From assembly GCF_009914755.1 (NCBI RefSeq), contig NC_060936.1: a stretch of DNA of 64,000 nt. One strand, 5' to 3'. The stretch is from the human T2T-CHM13v2.0 reference genome, Homo sapiens. A model generated the notes under the pieces. The model made no database searches, was not told the DNA's origin, and worked only from the letters and a program-made list of their open reading frames with translations. How positions within the stretch are numbered: the first letter of the stretch is position 1; each line of letters opens with the position of its first letter. Below, piece by piece: positions 54,275-64,000 of the stretch. Made by a program: the position numbers and the translations under genes.

Positions 54275-56066
54275 GTCCACCCACTCAGTTTCTTAAGTTC
54301 ATTTATTTTCATGATAAATTCTGGGAACAGCTCCTCCGGCATTCGGATTGATCTCTTTTACTGAGGAAGAGTTGCCTGAGAATGGTTAGTGGGATGCAAC
54401 ACAGCACCGTCTCTGCAATTGGTCTCAAGACTGGAACTGGTACTCATTGTCTCTCTTCTCTCCTATCCTCGGCTACACATTTTCCCCATCCTTGGCGGCC
54501 ATCTCTTTTGATCTAGATTACTTAACCAGATGAAATGATCCAGACTTAAGCCCTGAGGAATCTGAATCCCTGATTACTATACCCGTGGCTGCTGCACATA
54601 TCCATTTATCAATAAATTTGGGGAAGGGAGGTACTAAACATATGCCCCCATTGCTTAAGAGTAGCCATATCTCCCCCTACTGATCAAAATTCATTACCTC
54701 TAAAAATATGGTGACTCCTTTCCTTCCCTGGTCATCTCTTGGCATGAGGAGCCTGATGTAACCCAGTAACAGGCTTAGCTTAAAGTTTAATCAAATTATT
54801 GTTTTGTTCTCCGGTTAAAACACTTCCCTCTTGAAACTAGACCACTAAACCAATAAAGCCCAGAGTGGCAATAATGGAAATCACTAATTCCCCAAATGGG
54901 ATCACTTCTATTTCTAGTTTATTTACTGAGGACATAATAAAATATGACTGCAGATCTAGGATCTACAGTGCATTTTGAAGAATATTGCTCTATTCATGTG
55001 TAGAATAATCTCCTAATTCTTACCTCACTTTTGCCTTTACAAGGCTGTTCCATCACTCTATCAAACCTGTAGTTTCTGGATGGTGTGGTATGGGATAGGT
55101 CCATGGACGTATATTCACTTTTATATTTTCCTTTCTGTAAAGTGGGTCTCTTGATCTGGAGCAATTTTAGATAAAATGTCATGATGGTGGGTCAAAGACT
55201 GTAACCCCTGGCAATAGTGAGACAAATCCGTACTTGGAATATATGTCCATTTTGGTCAAGATGAATAACTGCCCCTTCCAGACTACAGGGGTCCAATGTA
55301 ATTAGCCTGACACAAAGTGGCTGTTCTGGTTTCATTGAGGGATGTTGACATATCTGGATTCCACATTGATCTCTCACCATTACTCTAGATCTTTGTGGCT
55401 GGCTGGTTGGACATTTTTGGCAGCAGTGTCGCTGGTTAGATCAGCCTCATGCAGTGAGCATTCATGCTGGGCCCACACATAGTCTTCATTCCACCATCAT
55501 AGATACTCCATTCTTGCACCCATTTGTCAGAACTGGGGTGATCATTGGATGAGACTGGCTGACATCAACTGACTGGTTAACTCTATATCAGTGGTGATTA
55601 AGTTCTTCTTCTGTGGGACATGTGCTCTCTTTCAGCCCTCTGATCAACCAGCCCATCTATTCTCTATAGTGTGTATATGAATCTATCCATCTATCTATAT
55701 ATATTTATCTTGGACCAACTATCTTTTTATACAGTGTGGATGATCAGATATACCGCACAAATCCCTGGCCAGTGGGAGAAGTTCCCCTTACTACTTTCAG
55801 GGCCACTTCTCAGTGGAAGTCCATTTTCAGCTGGTATCACACATAACAAAATGGCCTATTTTCAGCATGTGCCACACAGACCAAGACTGTCCTTTTCTGT
55901 CTCCATTATCAGGTCAAAAGGAAACACACATGATGCCATAGGAGTGAGATGAGGTGCAATTTTGGTAGCTGACAATGGGGCCTGGGTCACCTGCTTGCAA
56001 TGTACTTGTTCTTCTGCCTCTGGATTGCTTCTGTCTGATCCCAATGTACTGTATCCTTTAGATTTC
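54275..56066 (-). mobile_element. ERVL internal (pol RNaseH/integrase remnant)
   Basis: Degenerate integrase-like sequence around 55190-55380, corresponding to WQVDYIGPL...IDTYSGYGFA. Contiguous with the LTR. Confidence 0.7.
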
Positions 56067-56069
56067 TGC

Positions 56070-56690
56070 ACACATAGTCAATTGATATTCTAATTAAGTT
56101 ACTTAGAAACAGCTTTAATCTGTTAGGTCTCACTTTTAAGATTTCCTACTGGATACAAGATCAGAGTTTATTCTCAGGCCAGTTACTAAGACAATGCTTT
56201 TCTGGTTACCTTATCCAATCCCTCACAAATTATGAGAAGGCCCCTTTCCTGTATATGAGCTCCAGGTACTGCTTCCTCTAATTATTTTGGGTGGTTCTCC
56301 CTTGATGCTAAGGTTGTCTTGTTACATGGACATGCTGATTGGTACTCAGCTCAGTATTCCAGGGAAGACTCTGCAGGTCTCTGGAACTTCCTCTCTGTGT
56401 CACTCTCCAATCTCCAGTACTCTACCCTGTGAACTCTAGCAGCCTTCTTTTCCCCTGACTCTGTTTGTCTCCTCCACTAAGGAAGACTGCTGAGCTCTTT
56501 AAGCCACAGCCTGGAAACTCTCTAAACAGTAACCTGGAGCAATCAGAGGGCTCATCTTACTTTTTTCATTTTCTTAGGGATCACTGACTTTAATTGCCTA
56601 ATGTGAAATACATTGAAAACCACTATTTCATATATTTAGTTGTTTCATGTGGGAGCATACATCTGATCCTCATGTTGGCCCACGTCCTCA
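56070..56690 (-). mobile_element. Old L1M 5' region fragment
   Basis: gtactcagc...ctctgcaggtctctggaact...ctgtgaactctagc motif typical of the L1ME/MC 5' end. Confidence 0.55.
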
Positions 56691-56793
56691 ACTATTAATG
56701 TCAACTCAGACCTGGCATGTAACAATCCTGTAATTTTCTAGGTGTTTCTATTTTCTCAGTGTATAAGATTAGACATGAAGATAGGTCACAGCA

Positions 56794-57037
56794 AGTATTT
56801 GATTTTAAAGTGAAACAAAAAACAATTCTCTGATATTTTGTTGTCCCTAACCTATGTACAAAAAAAATTCTTGTTGTCCATGCTTATTATTTATCCTCTA
56901 GAATTATTTTACCTCTAGTATTTGATTTTAAAGTGAAACAAAAAACAATTCTCTGATATTTTGTTGTCCCTAACCTATGTACAAAAAAAAATCCTTGTTG
57001 TCCATGCTTATTATTTATCCTCTAGAATTATTTTACC
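56794..57037 (+). repeat. 123-bp tandem duplication (2 copies)
   Basis: 56794-56916 and 56917-57037 are nearly identical. Confidence 0.95.
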
Positions 57038-57439
57038 CAGCATCTGCTCTTTTATAGCACTTTGTCTGTATACTCATTATGATGCTAATTACCTGTGGAT
57101 TTGTTATTTTGTTACTCAGCATACATACTCCTTCCTCATGCTTCCTTGAATTCTGTTATTGGTATTACATTTTCTCCATTTTGCTCCTCTAACCAAGAGC
57201 ACCAGATCTAAGGTAAGTCAATTCTATGCTCCCTCAATTCACAGAAAGTTGTCATTCCCCACTTGGCAGGTACATTCTCACCAGGCCCTTTCTGCTATGA
57301 TTCCCACGTGATAGTCTCCTGTCTTGCCTTGTTGAGTGTCGGTGCTCCAGCCTGGTTCTCCAGCCTCCCATTACTTCTGAGAGTCTCCCAATATATCTAA
57401 TGTATTTCCTTTATTTATAGCACATTCAGAGTACATTTA

Positions 57440-60000
57440 TAGTCAATAAAACAGCCTATCTAGCTTTGTTTTATGGCTATGTGTCTTTCTCTCTGCAACT
57501 AGACTGTGAGCCAGTGGAAAGCTAGAATCATGGTTTATTCACCCTTGTGTCTTCTGCAGGACCAAGAACAATTGTAGATGTTAAATAAATGCTGCATTAA
57601 ATTTAATCAATCATCAAGTGTTTTTAGCACCTTCTTTGTGAAGGATATAGTGTGTGCTTGCACAAACACGTCACAGTCTTTAAGTCCAACAGAGGTGTCA
57701 TAGAATCACCTTCACCTTGATCAAAGCCTTCCTGAAAGAACTTTGGAAGAAACAGACAATATTTTCAATTCAAAAATATATTGGAATAAAGTCTCTCATG
57801 CATCACTTTACAAAAAATTCAACTTTCTCTGCAAAATTGAGCAGTCTAAAATCTCCTAAATCTGTAAGTTGCTGACTAAGTCTCCTCTCTCCTGGATACT
57901 TTTTCATGTTTGAACATTTGAGTTGAAATTTTTCTTTTCCTCTAATTATTTCTTCTTGTAAGGCCCAGGATTGAAATCTGTGCTGTTACTTCTCCCTACT
58001 CACTTTCTGGCAGAATGGCTTCCACCATAAGCATGAAGATGGCTTCCAAATTTTTATTCCAAAGCCTAATTTCTCAGTGACACTCCAGTTTCACATCTGC
58101 TTCTGACTGAGTGACACGGGCCTATCCACACACTGCCACCCATGAAAGCTAAATCTGGCACAAGTTGAACTCCTCACCATTTAAACTGTCACCTTGTCAT
58201 TTCCCCACCATCATTAAAATGAGAGTCATCCCTCAGACTTGGGAAACGGGATATATTTTTGTCTCCTCTGTTTTATAACCCAGTTCATACAGATCAAGTC
58301 TGTATGAATGTGAGTCACATGTTCCCAAAAGTCAGGCTTTTTCTTCAGCTTCTTCACCTATGCACATGCCAAACAAAGAAACAGAACAGACATGTTTGGA
58401 GCTATATAATAGAATCAATCTATAGGAAGGAAAAAAATGTGTTTTACACAACCATCTTTCAGTGGTGTTTCTGAGAACCTAACACCTCTTGCCCTAACAC
58501 TGAATCAATTTGATTCAGGTACATGGAACCCAGGGTTAGAATGAATAATCATCTACTTACAGCAATTATGGTCTTTGAGTTAAGTTTAGTTTGCTGTATT
58601 TTGTACTTTATCTACTTAAGGACAGTAAGGTAGATAGATCCAGCCAAAAGTAATAAAATAGCCATAATATCCATAAAAATATAAATATTTTTGGAAACTA
58701 GTGGGTTTTTTATTATGTATTTATTTATTTAGAGACAGAATCTCTGTGTTGCCCAAGTTGGAGTGCAATGGCATGATCTCGGCTCACTGCAGCCTCCACC
58801 TCCTGGGCTCAAGTGATTCTCATGCTTCAGCCTCCTCAAGTAGTGAGATTACAGATGTGAGCCACCAATGCCTGACTAATTTTTGTATTTTTAGTAGAGA
58901 CAGGGTTTCTCCATGTTGGCCAAGCTGGTCTCAAACTCCAGAACTCAAAGTGATCTGCCTTCCAGGCCTCCCAAATTGCTGGGATTACAAGTGTGGGCCA
59001 CCGTGCTCTGGCAGAAACTCATTATTAATTCTTAAACTATGGGGCACCACACCAATAAAGACACTTCTACCTCCATGATGACAACAACTAGGTCTAAAGC
59101 ACAGTCTAGAGAAAAGGCAGCTGCTCAAGAACATGCAGCAGAATCTCAGAGCTCCCCTGTTCTTCACGTCCTTATTCCTACTGCCCCACTGGGCATTTCC
59201 TTTTACAGAAATTCAAAGAGTCAAAGTCCTTATTTTCCCCAAGCCCTTTCTCAATACCCCATTTTCTATTCACACAAGTGTGAAGGTGTAAGCACATTTT
59301 CAAACCTCTTCTCTCAACCCAGGGAGTTAATTCATGCTCGTTTTATTATTGAAATATCACTTTCATTTGTTTTTTTCCATTCCATGTTTTCTGTCACTGA
59401 TAAGTTTGGTCTCATATCTCTTGCCTTGATTATTATAATACAATAGACTCCTTATGGACTCCTTGATTCCATTCTATTGTCTTGACCAGTAACCCTCCAC
59501 ACTCCTAATAGATTTGGCTTTCTAAAGGGATATCGGATCACTTTATACCCTGCTCAACAAAATGTCTTATTGCTACTATAATAAATTTTGAGGCTGACAC
59601 TATGTGTTTGCTTTACAATCTTCATCTCTTACTCCTCACTATAGGGTTCCATTCATCTTACCTTGGCTATATTAGATCTTTCCTAAGCATACACTATACT
59701 TCCCTGCATCTATGGTTTTGTAACAACTGTTCATTTTGATTGGAATGCTCATTCACTGCACTTTTCTGAGTCAGAAATTCTATATATTCATCCTAGCAAA
59801 ACTCAAAGGACAATTCATTTTGATTCTTCCAGTTGAAATTAGACTCTTCTTCCCTCTGCATTCTTTTTGTTCTAGTTGTTTTTCCCCTTTAAACCAAATA
59901 AGTTTGATTATTATTTAAATTTTTATTGCATTCATTCATTCACTTCCTCAATCATCCAATAAATATTTACTGAATGTTAAGTTCATGTGTGACTTCTTGA
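57440..60000 (+). mobile_element. L2 fragments
   Basis: actagactgtgag...ttcacc...aataaatg tail, L2 RT-like tracts at ~57850-58330 and 59400-59900, and cattcattc tail. Confidence 0.5.
58715..59012 (-). mobile_element. AluJb/old AluS
   Basis: Diverged antisense Alu. Confidence 0.85.
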
Positions 60001-60099
60001 TAGTGTTCAATTCCATTCCATTTCACTACATGCATTTGTAGAATGCTATACCTATCAAATGTATTAGGCTTCATCCTGTTGTAGTTAAAAGCTGAACAA

Positions 60100-60412
60100 G
60101 GCCGGGCGCGTGGCTCACGCCTGTAATCCCAGCGCTTTGGGAGGCCGAGGCGGGCGGATCACAAGGTCAGGAGATTGAGACCATCCTGGCTAACACAGTG
60201 AAACCCCATCTCTACTAAAAATACAAAAACAACAACAACAACAACAAAAAATTAGCCGGGCGTGATGGCCGGCTCCTGTAGTCCCAGCTACTTGGGAGGC
60301 TGAGGCAGGAGAATGGCATGAACCAGGAGGCCGAGCTTGCAGTGAGCCGAGATCACACCACTGCCTCCATCCTGGGTGACAGAGCGAGACTCTGTCTCAA
60401 AAAAAAAAAAAA
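60100..60412 (+). mobile_element. AluY with (AAC)n in the middle A-rich linker
   Basis: CpG-rich AluY. Perfect 13-bp TSD aaaagctgaacaa (60087-60099 and 60413-60425), preceded by tt (TT/AAAA). Confidence 0.95.
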
Positions 60413-60802
60413 AAAAGCTGAACAAAACAGAATTATATTCATTCATTAATTGAATAAATATTTATGAAATTTCTATTGTGTGTTAAACATTGTGCCAATT
60501 ACAAGGAATGCTGAAATTAAGTTGACAATTTGCAGTCTGGCAATAAAGACTTTAAACAATTGTTTACATTATTCTATTAAGGAGAAGTTAAAGTTACGAA
60601 AAACGATTTTAAGAAGACTAACATATTTTGGGGGCTCAAGGAAAATGTCCAAGTGAGAAGAGGTGCTTAGGCTGAGATACAGGTGATGAGTGGGAATGAT
60701 CTATGTAAACAGGGGATGAAGGGCAGAGGGAAAGAGATGAAAAAACCTGTCTCTGACCTGACAATGTTTAAATCAATATTATAGAAAGCAATAGGCATTT
60801 AA

Positions 60803-61110
<308 letters not shown>

Positions 61111-61119
61111 TACATTTTT

Positions 61120-62930
61120 TCTTTTCCATTAAAGGATAATACCTAAAGGAATATGACTTGATACTGGCTATTGAGCTTTAATTATTTCCATCTAAGCATT
61201 ATGCTTTTTCCTTTTAATTTTACATTTTAAAAAACTTATTTTTTTAATGTTTTTTCTTCTTCAGGGAGTCATACTTATATTGGATCTTTTAAGCTATTTT
61301 CTATGACTCACCTGTTCTTGAATATTTTAATTTATTACTTCTTTTTGGTTTTTAAACTTTTTGATTTAATCTTATATTTCTCTTGAGGCATTATACATTG
61401 TTTTTATTCTCTTTTGTGTTCTTTCTGTTTAGTCTTTATTTCTTAAATTACTTTTACATTTATTTCCAACTTTTCCTAGAGTTTTGTAACCTTTTTTAAA
61501 AAAATTATTTTCCCAATCTCTTCAAACCAGAGTTTTTCTAATTGTCTTTAAGATGTCTTCAAATTTTGATTTATTTTCATAAATGTCCCTTCATAGCTTT
61601 TTCCAAACATTTTTAAATATTATTTTTTAGCTGACTTAAAAATATTTTTTTTTTCGCCTTTTTTGAGGGATCCTATATTTTGGCTTATTTTCATTGATGT
61701 TAATCTACTTTTAATCTCTTATAACTTTGTTTGCAAATTGATCACAGTGTTTTCTACTAGTTATTTTAAAGTAAAGTGCATTTTCCTAATTTTTTTCTGA
61801 AAATGAGTAAGACAGAGTAACATTTCTAGATACATATTTCTAAAGCTTCCCCTTCAGTTATATTCGTGACTTCTTATCAAGCTGTATTGAACATTTCTAT
61901 TGTTTTTTTTTTCTCTTGGGGATGTTATCATGAGTTTTTAATTATTATTCTAGTGTTTATGGTGGATTTTGGAAGATTTCAACAATTTCACTGATATTGC
62001 ATCTGTATGAAATTCAATTTTCCTAGAGTTTTAAATATATATTTTACTTTGCTAAATATATTTTAAACTTTATATGTCCCACCAAGTGCATTATGTCATT
62101 TAGTATTATTGGTTTTGTTGTATAAAAGTATTTTATTTAAAATGTTTTTCGGATTTTATGTATGTCAGATGGTTAAAAAGCCTTACATTTTGTTTGTTAT
62201 TTTTATGAGGCTTGCTTTTACTTAAGATTTCTATTTGTGCTTATTTGCTCCTAATAATTTCTTAATTTTTGGTCTATAAGACATATTTATTTTCTAGTGA
62301 TTTCTAATCTTTTCAATTTCTATACCATCATTTAAACATGATAAAATGTAGCCATCTTTTTTTGTGCCTTTGTTTTTTGTTCCTTCTCAACTGGGCTAAT
62401 ATTGTCTACAATTGTAGTTCCACATCGTTGTGTACATTTTTGTTTTTTTGAAATCTTCCCTGCCCTTTTTTCTCTTACCTTTGCTTTTTAAGATAACAAT
62501 AAACATTGTTAAATTTTTTGAACATCGTTAAATTCCAGCACCTTCTGAATTTATTTATCTTATTTATGTTTTTCTTCAAGGATAATTTCAAAAGGGTTTT
62601 CTTTGTGCCTTGCACTTCTGAATCTTTTAGTTCTGTATATATCTTTATTGCACATTTACATAAATCATAATTCAGTTACTTCAAAGCAGTTTTCCTTCAA
62701 TATTTCAAAACAATCACTGATGCTGAGCAGTTTGAACTACTTATTATTTATTGGTGATTCTTCCTTGTGGTTATAATTTTCTCATTCTTTTGATAGTCTT
62801 AACTGGCATTCTCCTTTCCTTTTTCGTTTATCTTCAGTTATGTTTTATATTTTCTCTCCCTTCATCCTTTTCTGTTGACTTCTGAGTTATTTCTTCAATC
62901 ATATCTTTTGATTCCTGCTAGTCATCCTTT
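61120..62930 (-). mobile_element. Highly decayed T-rich L1M/HAL1-like sequence
   Basis: Strong T skew typical of antisense old L1. Few recognisable motifs. Confidence 0.35.
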
Positions 62931-62940
62931 TTTTTAATTA

Positions 62941-64000
62941 CAAGCATACCTCAAAGATAGGTATGCTAACTAAAGAAAGGTTTAGTTCCTGACCAATAAG
63001 ATGGAGCAAATATCTCAATTAAGTGAGTCAGCCAACATTTTGGTTTCCTGTTGCATTTAAAAATTATGTTTATACTATACTGCAGCCCATTAAGTATGCA
63101 ATATTCTTATGTCTAAAAACTGTACATATCTTAATTTAAAACATTTCTTGCTGAAAAATGCTAGTGATTATTTGCAACTTTAGCAAGTCATAATCATGTT
63201 GCTGGTGGATGGTTTTACTTCAATGTTGATGGCTTCTGACTTATCAGGGTGGTGGTTGTTGAAAGTTGGGGTGGCTGTGGCAATTTTTAAAATAAGGTAG
63301 CAATGATGTTTGCTGCATCAATGGACTCTTCCTTTTATGAAAGATTTCTCTGTGGCATGTGAGGTTATTCGATAGCATTTTACCTGCAGTAGAACTTTAA
63401 AATTGGAGTCAATTCTTTCAAACCCTTTTGCTGCTTTATCAACAAAGTTCATGTAATATTCTAAATCCTTTGTTGTCATTTCAACAATATTCACAACATC
63501 TTCACCAGGAGTAGATTCCATCTCAAGAAATCACTTTCTTTGCTCATCTGTAAGAAGCAACTTCTCATCTATTAAAGTGTTATTATGAGGTTACAGCAAT
63601 TTAGTCACATCTTCAGGTTCTACAGCTAATTCTAATTCTATCAAATCTGTCGTTGCCTCCTCTACTGAAGTTTTGAATTCCTCAAACTCATCCATGAGGT
63701 TTGGAAGCAACTTATTCCAAATTTTTATTAATGTTGATATTTTGACCTCCTCCCATGAATCACCAATGTTCTTAAGGGCATTTAGAAAGATGAATCTTTT
63801 CTAGAAGGTTTTCAATTTACTTGTGCTAGATCCATCAGAGGAATCACTAACTATTGCAGCCATAGCCTCACAAAATGTACTTCTTTAATAATAAGACTGA
63901 AAATCAGAATTAATCTTTGATCCGTGGGCTGCAGAATGGATATTGTGTTAGCAGGCATGAAAACACTAATCTACTTACACATCCATCAGAGCTCTTGGGT
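62941..64000 (-). mobile_element. Tigger1 DNA transposon (transposase 3' part), continues beyond the window
   Basis: TA-ca(a)gcatacctc..agata TIR. ORF 63318-63521 [23 protein letters not shown]...FERIDSNF is the Tigger1/TIGD1-type C-terminus. Confidence 0.9.

Noticed and set aside
63318-63521. TIGD1 gene fragment
   Set aside because: Lies within a decayed Tigger1 copy with a TIR and frameshifts, so it is a transposon fossil.

Overview
This is AT-rich, repeat-dominated primate (probably ape or human) genomic DNA. I find no intact protein-coding exon, tRNA, rRNA or CRISPR array. The main features are: (1) a full-length, ORF-disrupted L1PA4-like LINE-1 on the minus strand (~10586-16726), with a 15-bp TSD and a short 3' transduction; (2) a full-length processed pseudogene of SUPT16H (FACT subunit Spt16) on the minus strand (31513-35932), with poly(A) and a 16-bp TSD; (3) a 5'-inverted L1PB1, other truncated L1s, ten Alus, MaLR/ERVL LTRs, an ERVL pol remnant, L2/MIR, and DNA transposons (MER58, MER44, Tigger3, Tigger2a, Tigger1, Zaphod/MER115, two MADE1). 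I cannot support a new gene system. The most unusual structure is at ~21543-21937. There, a MADE1 end lacks exactly its terminal 3 nt and is joined to a ~264-bp inverted copy of nearby DNA, with the flanking TA retained. This resembles a fossil of a mariner-type (Hsmar1/SETMAR) single-end break repaired by templated insertion. The window also holds many local templated duplications and fold-back palindromes. Subfamily calls come from recalled consensus sequences, and old-repeat boundaries are approximate.
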